The position numbers were made by a program, and so were the translations under genes. A stretch of DNA of 32,000 nucleotides, taken from positions 1,590,001 to 1,622,000 of the forward strand of contig NC_000917.1 in the NCBI RefSeq assembly GCF_000008665.1, given 5' to 3'. This document shows, piece after piece, positions 1-8,228 of this stretch (position 1 is its first letter; the number at the start of each line of letters is the position of its first letter). The notes beneath the pieces are model-generated. The model searched no databases. It was not told the origin of the DNA and worked only from the letters and a program-made list of their open reading frames with translations. The stretch is from Archaeoglobus fulgidus DSM 4304. GTDB lineage: Archaea; Halobacteriota; Archaeoglobi; Archaeoglobales; Archaeoglobaceae.

Positions 1-569
1 AAGAGGCGTGGCAGATGGCGAGGGAGATGCTTGAGAAGGTGGGCCTTCAGCCTGAGAGGGTTGATTCATACCCTCATCAGCTCAGCGGTGGCCAGAGGCA
101 GAGAGTTATGATTGCGATGGCCATAAGCCTCAATCCCAAGCTTTTGATTGCAGATGAGCCAACTACTGCTCTTGACGTCATAGTTCAGGAGAAAATAATG
201 GACTTGCTGGAGGACATGAAGAGGGAGGGCAGGGCTGTGATGCTAATCACCCACGACTTCGCCTTGGCTGCGGAGAGAAGCGACAGGATTGCGGTTATGT
301 ATGCTGGCTGGCTCGTTGAGCTTGGCAAGGCTGAGAAACTGACGAATGAACCGCTCCACCCCTACACGAAAGGTTTAATTCAGTCCGTTCCCGATGTGTG
401 GATGGATAAGGAAATCAAGCCCCTCCCCGGCTTCCCGCCCGACCTCATAAACCCACCAGAAGGATGCAGGTTCAGGCCGAGGTGCTCTGAAGCTTCGAAG
501 AGGTGCATGAAGGAGCCGCCAGAGTTCGAAGTTGACGGAAGGGTTGTGAAGTGCTGGCTCTACGGGTGA
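1..569 (+). CDS. dppD: Oligopeptide/dipeptide ABC transporter ATP-binding protein (DppD/OppD type), 5' end cut by window edge
   Basis: The frame is open from nt 3 (EAWQMAREM...), so the listed ATG at 15 is internal. It has the ABC signature LSGGQRQRV, Walker B LLIADEPTTALD, H-loop ITHD, and the C-terminal oligopeptide-ATPase extension HPYTKGL...GCRFRPRC. Confidence 0.9.
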   Translation, partial: EAWQMAREMLEKVGLQPERVDSYPHQLSGGQRQRVMIAMAISLNPKLLIADEPTTALDVIVQEKIMDLLEDMKREGRAVMLITHDFALAAERSDRIAVMYAGWLVELGKAEKLTNEPLHPYTKGLIQSVPDVWMDKEIKPLPGFPPDLINPPEGCRFRPRCSEASKRCMKEPPEFEVDGRVVKCWLYG

Positions 570-573
570 TAGA

Positions 574-1545
574 ATGCTGAGAGTTGAGAACCTCAAGAAG
601 TACTTCCCCGTTCAGAAATCCGTTCTGGAGGTTTTGCTGAGCGGAAGAAGGGACTTTGTGAGAGCTGTCGATGGCGTAAGCTTCGAAATGAAGCAGGGTG
701 AGGTACTTTCCCTCGTTGGGGAGAGCGGGTGCGGGAAGACGACGACGGGCAGAATCATCGTCGGACTGGAAAGGCCGACGAGCGGGAAGATTTACTTCAA
801 GGACAGAGAGATTACCTCCCTCAGCGAGGAAGAGCAGAGGAGGATGAAGAGGCATATCCAGATGGTCTTTCAGGACCCCTACGCCTCCCTAAACCCGAGG
901 ATGAAGATTGGGGAGCACCTCGTTGAGTCCCTCACAATTCACGGAATTGCGGAGAATGATGAGGCAAGGGAAATGGCCATGTCGATGCTGGACAGAGTTG
1001 GACTGCCGGGGGAGCAGTTCTTCAACAGAATGCCCTATCAGCTCAGCGGTGGCCAGAGGCAGAGGGTTGCGATAGCGAGGGCGATGATTCTCAAGCCCGA
1101 CTTCGTCGTTGCGGATGAGCCGGTTTCAATGATTGACGTCAGCCTGAGGGCTGCGATTCTTGACCTGCTCATGTCCTTCAGGGATGAGTACAATCTGAGC
1201 ATGCTCTTCATAACTCACGACCTGTCAGTTGCGAGGATTGTGGGCGATAGAATTGCGGTGATGTACCTCGGAAAAATAATGGAAATCGGAAAGACGAGGG
1301 AGGTTATACACAATCCAAGGCATCCCTACACCGCAGCTCTGCTTTCCTCAGTTCCGAGCTTCGTGAAAAAGGGGAGAAAAGTGGAAATTATTGGAGACAT
1401 TGCAAATCCCATCGATATTCCCTCAGGGTGCAGATACCACCCACGCTGCCCCTTTGCGAGGGAGAAGTGCAAGAAAGAGGAGCCCGAGCTGGAAGGCGGG
1501 GAGCACAGCTTTGCCTGCCACTATCCGCTGGAGGGCGGGTTTTAG
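574..1545 (+). CDS. dppF: Oligopeptide/dipeptide ABC transporter ATP-binding protein (DppF/OppF type)
   Basis: Walker A GESGCGKTT, signature LSGGQRQRV, Walker B FVVADEPVSMID, ITHD, and a C-terminal HPYTAALL...GCRYHPRC extension. A GGTGA motif overlaps the upstream stop 5 nt before the ATG. Confidence 0.92.
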   Translation: MLRVENLKKYFPVQKSVLEVLLSGRRDFVRAVDGVSFEMKQGEVLSLVGESGCGKTTTGRIIVGLERPTSGKIYFKDREITSLSEEEQRRMKRHIQMVFQDPYASLNPRMKIGEHLVESLTIHGIAENDEAREMAMSMLDRVGLPGEQFFNRMPYQLSGGQRQRVAIARAMILKPDFVVADEPVSMIDVSLRAAILDLLMSFRDEYNLSMLFITHDLSVARIVGDRIAVMYLGKIMEIGKTREVIHNPRHPYTAALLSSVPSFVKKGRKVEIIGDIANPIDIPSGCRYHPRCPFAREKCKKEEPELEGGEHSFACHYPLEGGF

Positions 1546-1627
1546 GCTTGGAAAATCCTAATAGTTAATTGTTAAAAGTTATCCCACATTTAAAAAAATT
1601 TTAATAGTTCTCACTCTAATTAACAAT

Positions 1628-3337
1628 ATGCTTGGTGTGGAAGGAAAGAGCATAACAGAAATTGACGAGAAGGAGATAAACAGGATCTGGCTAAAGCACT
1701 ACGATGAAGGAGTTAGGCCCAACATTGACTACCCCGAAATTCCGCTGTATCAGCTTCTGGAGGATACGGCGAAGAAGTATCCCGACAAGACCGCGCTGAT
1801 TTTCTTCGGAAAGAAAATCACGTACAGAGAGCTTGACGAGATGAGCGACAGAATTGCAGGTTTTTTGAAGAGCCTCGGCATTAAGAAAGGAGACAGGGTC
1901 ATTCTGGACCTCCCGAACGTGCCTCAGTATGTTGCGGCCTACTACGGAATTTTAAAGGTCGGCGCGACCGTTGTGCAGTGCAACCCTCTCTATACTGAGA
2001 GGGAAATCAGGTACATTCAGGAGAACAGCGAGGCGGAGTACGGATTCTTTGTCGAATTCGTTTATCCTAGAATAAAGGGTCTTTTAGCTGAAGGAAAGTT
2101 AAAGAAAGCGGTAATCTGTAAAATTGAGGATTATCTCCCATTCCCCCTGAACATCCTTTATCCGCTCAAGAAGGAGAAGGTAAGAATCGAGAAGAGCGAT
2201 AAGGTAGTTTACTGGAAAGATGCCTTGAAGTCACCGCTAACAAAGGAAAGGCCTGAAATCAACCCCAAGGATGATGTGGCAATCTTCCTTTACACCGGAG
2301 GTACCACTGGTGTGCCAAAGGCTGTGATGTCGACGCACTTCAATCTCGTCGCGAATGTTTACCAGACACTTGAGTGGGTTGTTGACAGAACTCCTGATGA
2401 TGTCTTCATTGGAGTGCTGCCCTACTTCCACAGCTTTGGAATGACGACCTCAATGAACGCTCCAATCGCCAACGGCTCAACCATCGTCCTGATTCCCGAC
2501 CCCAGAGACATCAAGAGGATACTTGAGAGCATTCAGAAGTACAGGGCGAGCATTTTCTGCGGAGTTCCGACGATGTATGCGGCGATAATCAACCACCCCG
2601 ATGTGAAGAAGTACGATTTAAGTTCGGTGAAAGCATGTATTAGTGGTGCTGCCCCACTTCCCGTTGAGGTTAAGAGGAGGTTCGAGGAGATTACGGGAGG
2701 TAAGCTGGTTGAGGGCTATGGTTTAAGTGAAACCTCTCCCGTAGCACTTGGCAACCCTGTTTACGGCCTCAACAAGGAGGGGAGCATTGGCATACCCTTC
2801 CCCGACACCTACGCTGTCGTTATAGACGATGAAGGAAAGGTTCTCCCAATCGGTGAAGTTGGAGAGCTAGTTATAAAGGGACCGCAGGTAATGAAGGGCT
2901 ACTACAAGATGGAGGAAGAGACGAAGAAGGTTCTCGTCAATGGCTGGCTGCTGACTGGAGACATGGCGAAGATGGACGAAGATGGATACTTCTACATCGT
3001 GGACAGGAAGAAGGATATGATAATTGCAGGAGGTTACAACATCTATCCGAGAGAGGTTGAGGAGGTGCTTTACGAGCATCCAGCAGTTGTTGAGGCTGCT
3101 GTAGTAGGAGTGCCCGACCCCTACAGGGGAGAGACGGTCAAGGCTTACATTGTCCTGAAGCCGGAATACAAGGGAAAGGTTACCGAGCAGGAGATAATCC
3201 AGTTCTGCAAGGAGAGATTGGCTGCATACAAGGTTCCAAAGCTTGTCGAGTTCAGAGATGAGCTGCCGAAGTCTGCGGTAGGAAAAATCCTCAGGAGAGT
3301 TCTGAGAGAGGAGGAAATCAAGAAAATAAAAGGTTAA
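1628..3337 (+). CDS. fadD: Long-chain/medium-chain acyl-CoA synthetase (AMP-forming, FadD family)
   Basis: AMP-binding motifs LYTGGTTGVPKAV, GYGLSET, TGDMAKMDEDGYFYIVDRKKD and the C-terminal GKILRR lysine motif. Length is 569 aa. Confidence 0.92.
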   Translation: MLGVEGKSITEIDEKEINRIWLKHYDEGVRPNIDYPEIPLYQLLEDTAKKYPDKTALIFFGKKITYRELDEMSDRIAGFLKSLGIKKGDRVILDLPNVPQYVAAYYGILKVGATVVQCNPLYTEREIRYIQENSEAEYGFFVEFVYPRIKGLLAEGKLKKAVICKIEDYLPFPLNILYPLKKEKVRIEKSDKVVYWKDALKSPLTKERPEINPKDDVAIFLYTGGTTGVPKAVMSTHFNLVANVYQTLEWVVDRTPDDVFIGVLPYFHSFGMTTSMNAPIANGSTIVLIPDPRDIKRILESIQKYRASIFCGVPTMYAAIINHPDVKKYDLSSVKACISGAAPLPVEVKRRFEEITGGKLVEGYGLSETSPVALGNPVYGLNKEGSIGIPFPDTYAVVIDDEGKVLPIGEVGELVIKGPQVMKGYYKMEEETKKVLVNGWLLTGDMAKMDEDGYFYIVDRKKDMIIAGGYNIYPREVEEVLYEHPAVVEAAVVGVPDPYRGETVKAYIVLKPEYKGKVTEQEIIQFCKERLAAYKVPKLVEFRDELPKSAVGKILRRVLREEEIKKIKG

Positions 3338-3343
3338 TTATTA

Positions 3344-3376
3344 TCTTTTTCTTTAGCATTTTTAGAAATGCTTTTA
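3344..3376 (+). terminator. T-run plus short hairpin downstream of fadD (candidate terminator)
   Basis: A T5 run lies at 3346-3350. Then AGCATTT (3355-3361) and AAATGCT (3366-3372) form a perfect 7-bp inverted repeat with a 4-nt loop, running into TTTT (3372-3375). Confidence 0.45.
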
Positions 3377-3420
3377 AATCACCAAAGGAGACTGGGCTAA
3401 AGCTCAAGGAGGACGATAAA

Positions 3421-4575
3421 ATGATTACGATAGACCCAGAGTATTTTGAAATTTTAAAAGAGTTTGGTGCTGAGAGGGTTGTCAGATGCTACCAGTGCGG
3501 GACATGTACGGGAATATGCCCCGTTTCAACGACCGATGCAAGCTTTCCTAGAAAACCCGTACTGCTCTCAAGATTCGGTGTGGGGGAGGTTATAGAGAAC
3601 TTCGAGGAAGCTTGGTTATGCCTCTCATGCAACCTCTGCACCGAGTTCTGTCCGAGAGATGTAAAGCCGAGCGAAACGATGCTGGCGATAAAGAGGGTTC
3701 TGGTGGAGAACGGCAAAACTCCTCCCTACATCAGGGACTTCTTCCAGAATATAATGAAGCAGAAGAATCCGTGGGGCATAGGGAAGTTCAAGAGGGAGGA
3801 CTGGGTGAAGAAGAGCGACGTTGAGGTTCCGAAGGTTAAGGACAACCCGGAGTACGAGTGGCTCTGGTTTGTTGGATGCGCCCACGCCTTTGAAAACAGG
3901 AACATTAACGTAACGCTGAAAATGGCCAGAATTCTCAGCGATCTGGGCATAAACTTTGCAACACTCGGCAGAGAGGAGGGTTGCTGCGGCAACGACGTCA
4001 GAAGAGCGGGAGAGGAGGGCTTGTTCGAAGTTCTGATGGAGGAGAACATCAAGACATTTGGCAAATATGGGGTGCAGAGGCTCTTCACGCACTCCCCACA
4101 CTGCTTCAATGCCTTCAAGAACTGGTATGAGGGCTACGAGGTAAAGCTGTTCCTCGAAATCCTGAGGGATGCCATAAAAAGCGGAAAGCTTGAGCTCAAA
4201 AACAAGCTTGATTTGACTGTAACCTACCACGACTCATGCTACCTCGGCAGGTACAACGGCATCTACGATTTGCCGAGAGAGGTGCTGAAGCTGATTCCGG
4301 GAGTGGAGCTTGTTGAAATGAAGAGCAACAGGAGAATGTCTCTCTGCTGCGGCGGAGGAGCTGGAAACATCGTTGGCGACTATCCCGGAGAGATTCAGCC
4401 TGCAAGAGTTAGAGCGCAGGAGGCTGCTGAGACCGGAGCAAACGTTCTGGCAGTTGCGTGCCCCTTCTGCCTGCTGATGCTTGAAGATGGAGTGAAGACC
4501 GAGAAGCTCGACAAGCAGCTTGTTGTGAAGGACATAGTCGAGCTGGTTTACGAAGCTGCCTACGGAGAGGAATAA
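3421..4575 (+). CDS. HdrD/GlpC/GlcF-like iron-sulfur oxidoreductase (2x[4Fe-4S] ferredoxin motifs plus two CCG domains)
   Basis: CYQCGTCTGICP and CLSCNLCTEFCP ferredoxin motifs, plus cysteine-rich CCG motifs EGCCGND and SLCCGGGAGN...ACPFC. AAGGAGG at 3406-3412 lies 8 nt upstream of the ATG. Confidence 0.85.
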   Translation: MITIDPEYFEILKEFGAERVVRCYQCGTCTGICPVSTTDASFPRKPVLLSRFGVGEVIENFEEAWLCLSCNLCTEFCPRDVKPSETMLAIKRVLVENGKTPPYIRDFFQNIMKQKNPWGIGKFKREDWVKKSDVEVPKVKDNPEYEWLWFVGCAHAFENRNINVTLKMARILSDLGINFATLGREEGCCGNDVRRAGEEGLFEVLMEENIKTFGKYGVQRLFTHSPHCFNAFKNWYEGYEVKLFLEILRDAIKSGKLELKNKLDLTVTYHDSCYLGRYNGIYDLPREVLKLIPGVELVEMKSNRRMSLCCGGGAGNIVGDYPGEIQPARVRAQEAAETGANVLAVACPFCLLMLEDGVKTEKLDKQLVVKDIVELVYEAAYGEE

Positions 4576-4591
4576 TTTTTTATTTTTGTTT
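4576..4591 (+). terminator. Oligo-T tract after the HdrD-like gene (it may double as the TATA region of the next, probably leaderless, gene)
   Basis: TTTTTTATTTTTGTTT starts directly after the TAA stop at 4573-4575 and lies 15-30 nt upstream of the GTG start at 4606. Confidence 0.45.
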
Positions 4592-4605
4592 CCTGCTCAT
4601 TTTCA

Positions 4606-6201
4606 GTGCGGGAGAAAATCGGCTTCTGGGAAGCTGTCAGCATCGGCATTGGCGGCATGATTGGGGGAGGAATTTTTGCCGTTCTCGGCCTGAGCGTTCA
4701 GCTTGCGAAGGGCTCTGCCCCTATAGCCTTTCTCATTGCCGGAATTGTTGCGCTTTTTACCGCCTACTCCTACGCAAAGCTCAGCCTGAGGTTTCCGAGC
4801 GAGGGCGGGACGATAGAGTTCCTGATCAAGGCTTACGGAACGGGTTTGCTTGCTGGTGGGTTAAACATCCTTCTCCTCGTTAGCTATGTTGTCATGATAG
4901 CTCTCTACTCCTACGCCTTTGGCAGTTACGCCGCCAACGCCCTCGGAACCCCTATTTTGAAGAGCTTCCTTATCGCATTCGTTGTAATCTTTTTTACAGT
5001 TTTAAACTCCCTCGGAGCAGTTGTGAGCGGAAGAGCAGAGGATCTGCTCGTTGCGTTCAAGCTTGCGGTGCTTGTTATCGTTGCCGCAGCGGGGCTTGCC
5101 TTCGTGAATCCTGAGAGGCTCATGCCGTCCAACTGGGCTGATGCAGTGAGCATAATTGCAGGCGGGATGATTATCTTCCTCGCCTACGAGGGATTTGAGC
5201 TGATTGCCAATGCGGGCGGAGATGTTGAGCATCCGAAGGTTCTTGAGAAGGCCTTCTACGTTTCAGTTGTTGTCGTTATAGCGGTTTACGTTCTAATTGC
5301 CATAATAACTGTCGGAACGCTGCCCTACGAGAAGATTATGGAGGCCAGAGATTACGCTCTTGCCATTGCTGCCGAGCCAGCACTCGGACAGCTTGGCTTC
5401 TGGTTCGTCACCTTTGCAGCCCTCGCATCAACAAGCTCGGCAATCAACGCCACTCTGTACGGAACCGCAAGAGCAAGCTACATGGTTGCCAAGTTTGGAG
5501 AGCTTCCCGAGTTTGTTGGAAAGAAGCTGTGGAGGCAGGCTTACGAGGGGCTGGTTGTGATTCCCATTCTCTCCATAATTCTTTCCATCACCACCAACCT
5601 TGAAACGATAGCCACAGCAGGCAGCGGGGGATTCCTGCTTATATTTGCTGCTGTAAACCTCGCTGCGGTAAAGCTCAGGAGGAAGGTTAAGGTCAATCCG
5701 CTAATCTCCTCAGCTGGGGCGATTATGGCCCTCGCAGCCTTCACAATTCTTGCATTGAGAATGGCGGAGGAAAATCTCTACGCTTTGGCTGTGATGCTTT
5801 CCCTTATAGCAGCTTCCTTCCTCTTTGAGTGGACTTACAGGTGGTATACAGGAAGGGAGATTGGAAGATACGTTGACAGGAAGCTGATAGAGAGGGAGAA
5901 AAACCTCAGAAACTGGGAGGAGTGGATTCCTGCGGTTGTGGATGAGCTAAGGAGAAGATATAGCGACAGCGAGGTTTACCTTGTCGGCAGCCTTGCAAGA
6001 GGTGAGGCTGAGAAGGCGGGTGATGTTGACCTGCTGGTTCTGACGGATGCGGTTGAAAATGGAGAAAAGGAAGGGATAACGAGGGACATCAAGAAAAAGC
6101 TTGAATTGGGCCCCCAGCACTGCCTTGACCTTCACTTCGAGAAGAAGAGTTTAAGGGATGAGGCGTTGAAAAGGGCCGTGAGTTACAGGAGGTTAAAGTG
6201 A
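4606..6201 (+). CDS. APC-superfamily amino acid permease fused to a C-terminal minimal nucleotidyltransferase (MNT / Pol-beta-type NTase) domain
   Basis: GTG start. The N-terminal ~430 aa is a polytopic membrane domain typical of APC permeases (GIGGMIGGGIFAVLG, about 12 hydrophobic segments). The last ~96 aa read ...VYLVGSLARGEAEKAGDVDLLVLTD..., the G-S-x(n)-D-x-D signature of minimal nucleotidyltransferases. No stop separates the two parts. Confidence 0.85.
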   Translation: MREKIGFWEAVSIGIGGMIGGGIFAVLGLSVQLAKGSAPIAFLIAGIVALFTAYSYAKLSLRFPSEGGTIEFLIKAYGTGLLAGGLNILLLVSYVVMIALYSYAFGSYAANALGTPILKSFLIAFVVIFFTVLNSLGAVVSGRAEDLLVAFKLAVLVIVAAAGLAFVNPERLMPSNWADAVSIIAGGMIIFLAYEGFELIANAGGDVEHPKVLEKAFYVSVVVVIAVYVLIAIITVGTLPYEKIMEARDYALAIAAEPALGQLGFWFVTFAALASTSSAINATLYGTARASYMVAKFGELPEFVGKKLWRQAYEGLVVIPILSIILSITTNLETIATAGSGGFLLIFAAVNLAAVKLRRKVKVNPLISSAGAIMALAAFTILALRMAEENLYALAVMLSLIAASFLFEWTYRWYTGREIGRYVDRKLIEREKNLRNWEEWIPAVVDELRRRYSDSEVYLVGSLARGEAEKAGDVDLLVLTDAVENGEKEGITRDIKKKLELGPQHCLDLHFEKKSLRDEALKRAVSYRRLK

Positions 6202-7194
6202 TCATAGGATTAAAACCCTCTCAATGTCCTTAACCCCGGCCCTCCTCACAAGCGTTAAAAGCGGGTCGGAAGTCCTCCTGAAGCTGCAGTTTCTGTTGAA
6301 GACTACGTAGCCGTGTCTGAAGCCAAAAACAGCATAGCTAGCTGTTGCAGCCCTCAAAATCGCCTTTTCTTTGCCAATAAGGTAAGCGGCAAAGTGCATC
6401 TCGTCCAGCATTGATGCTGTGGAAATCATTGCATTGTCCGTTCCAAGCATCCATTTTTCGTATTCGCTCAGCAATTCGTAGCTTTTTTTGTTAAGAAGGC
6501 CAAAGAAGGCGTTGCTGCGAATGCAGCTCACGATGGGGATTTCGGCCTCAACAAACTCCCTTATTTTTTCCGGGCAAGAATTCATGTGGACAACAAAGTC
6601 AGGCTCTAAAGCCAAAGCAGCATCAACATCCGCGCAGTCCTTCTCCCCAGCATGAATGGCGAACAGCATCTTCCTCCGCCTTGCAATCTCTCTAACCTCT
6701 TCCATAAGCTTCAAATCGTGGTCACGAGCGCTGCTGTAGGCGAAGCCGAAAGCCTCAACCTCTTCAGCCTCCTCAACGCTTGTTGGTCTGGCAAGGGGCA
6801 GGACACCATCGATTCCCTTTACGATTTCAAGCCCTGCTTTGCCGCCCTCCCTGAAGTCGAGGAAGTGGGACGTTCCAGCATCTCTGCTTATCCTCACCTC
6901 CAGCTCCACCTCCTGTCTGAGAGTTTTTGAATCAATCTGGGAAAGCATGCGGTGCTTGTAGCCACCCGGGCCCACAATGCTCACGAGGTCGAGCCTTGGT
7001 GCCTCTCTTAGAGCAGCATCACCCAGATGGGTGTGGGCGTTGAAGAAAGTTGGGGAAATCACAAAATCATCCTTCTCCACCCTGCTCTCCTCAAACGCCA
7101 TTTCCTCGACAATTAAGTCACCGTGAAAGACGCCTTCGTGAGTGACAAGAATCCCGCTGTAAACCTCCATGGGAAGAGTTAAATATTCACCCAC
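6202..7194 (-). CDS. Metal-dependent amidohydrolase (chlorohydrolase/deaminase-type amidohydrolase superfamily)
   Basis: HxH metal motif in FFNAHTHLGD, later HAGE, VVHMN and GTDN motifs consistent with the amidohydrolase TIM barrel. The listed start is GTG at 7194. An ATG at 7170 (MEVYSGILV...) is an alternative start. Confidence 0.75.
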   Translation of the reverse strand: MGEYLTLPMEVYSGILVTHEGVFHGDLIVEEMAFEESRVEKDDFVISPTFFNAHTHLGDAALREAPRLDLVSIVGPGGYKHRMLSQIDSKTLRQEVELEVRISRDAGTSHFLDFREGGKAGLEIVKGIDGVLPLARPTSVEEAEEVEAFGFAYSSARDHDLKLMEEVREIARRRKMLFAIHAGEKDCADVDAALALEPDFVVHMNSCPEKIREFVEAEIPIVSCIRSNAFFGLLNKKSYELLSEYEKWMLGTDNAMISTASMLDEMHFAAYLIGKEKAILRAATASYAVFGFRHGYVVFNRNCSFRRTSDPLLTLVRRAGVKDIERVLIL

Positions 7195-7206
7195 AAAACT
7201 TTTACC

Positions 7207-7389
7207 ATGGCAAAGGCTCCGAAGGGCAAGGCGAAGACACCACCGCTGATGTCCTCTGCAGGTATAATGAGGTACTTCGAGGAGGAAAAAACTCAGATAA
7301 AGGTTAGCCCAAAAACCATTCTTGCTGCAGGCATCGTTACGGGAGTTTTAATAATCATCCTGAACGCCTACTACGGGCTCTGGCCTTAA
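7207..7389 (+). CDS. secG: Preprotein translocase subunit Sec61beta/SecG (archaeal)
   Basis: 60 aa: a basic N-terminus, the conserved SSAGIMRYFEE motif, then one C-terminal TM helix (ILAAGIVTGVLIIILNAYYGLW). A TATA-like TTAAATATT at 7179-7187 lies about 20-28 nt upstream. Confidence 0.88.
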   Translation: MAKAPKGKAKTPPLMSSAGIMRYFEEEKTQIKVSPKTILAAGIVTGVLIIILNAYYGLWP

Positions 7390-8123
7390 AGGTTCGTCGG
7401 AATGTCAAGAAACACAGCCTCAATCCCCAATTTTTCCCTCACAACCTCCATCAGGCTCTGAACGCCAAACTTCTCACTCTCGTAGTGCCCGAGAAAAAAT
7501 ACGTTGATTCCACCCTCCTTTGCCAGATGGTAGGCTTCGTGCTCAGGCTCTCCCGTGATGAAAAGCTCCACTCCAGCATCAATAGCCTCGTTTAAGGCAA
7601 AGCAGCCCTTTCCCGACACTGCAGCAACTTTTCTGACCCTCTCCTCCCCAAAGGGCAGAACCATCGCCGGGCCAAGCTTTTCCGCAATCTCCCCTACTGC
7701 AGTTGCCTTTTCCAGCTTTGCCGAGAAGCCAATCTTCACGCCCTTGTACTCTCCAAACTCCTCCTGCGGCTCTGCGCCAATTTTTCTTAGAATCACGGCG
7801 TTATTCCCCACCTCCCTGTGGGCATCAAGCGGAAGGTGGGCTGCGTAGAGGGAGAGGTTGCTTCTCAGCAGAAACTCAATCCTTCTTTTCACAATTCCCC
7901 TTATGTAGCCTATACCGCCCCAGATAAGGCCGTGATGGACGACGAGCATGTCCGCATTTACAGCCTTTGCAGCCCTGAAGCTCTCCATGGATGCGTCAAC
8001 GGCAAAGGCGACCTTCTTCACTTCCTCGCTACCCTCAACCTGCAGTCCGTTGTTTGAAACATCCTGATAGCTGTTAATCTCCAAAAAATCGTCGAGAAAT
8101 CGTACAACTTCGGCGAGGTTCAT
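7386..8123 (-). CDS. NIF3-family dinuclear-metal-centre protein (GTP cyclohydrolase 1 type 2 homologue)
   Basis: LVVHHGLIWGG, LYAAHLPLDAH and C-terminal GHYESEKFG motifs typical of NIF3/YbgI proteins. 245 aa. Confidence 0.85.
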   Translation of the reverse strand: MNLAEVVRFLDDFLEINSYQDVSNNGLQVEGSEEVKKVAFAVDASMESFRAAKAVNADMLVVHHGLIWGGIGYIRGIVKRRIEFLLRSNLSLYAAHLPLDAHREVGNNAVILRKIGAEPQEEFGEYKGVKIGFSAKLEKATAVGEIAEKLGPAMVLPFGEERVRKVAAVSGKGCFALNEAIDAGVELFITGEPEHEAYHLAKEGGINVFFLGHYESEKFGVQSLMEVVREKLGIEAVFLDIPTNL

Positions 8124-8175
8124 GGGCTTATTATGAGAGCGTGGTAATTTAATCTAACGTTTCCTGCAATCAAAA

Positions 8176-8187
8176 TTCTTATATACC
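8176..8187 (+). promoter_or_regulatory. TATA box candidate for spoVG-like gene
   Basis: TTCTTATATACC, preceded by an A-rich BRE-like CAAAA. It lies about 40-50 nt upstream of the TTG start and about 30 nt upstream of the GGAGG at 8217-8221, implying a short SD-containing leader. Confidence 0.5.
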
Positions 8188-8228
8188 ACTTTGTTTGAGA
8201 GTAACGAAATTTGAAAGGAGGGTTAGAA

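Noticed and set aside
3625-4230. 201-aa and 130-aa minus-strand ORFs
   Set aside because: They are antisense to the HdrD/GlpC-like gene, whose ferredoxin and CCG motifs fix the coding strand.
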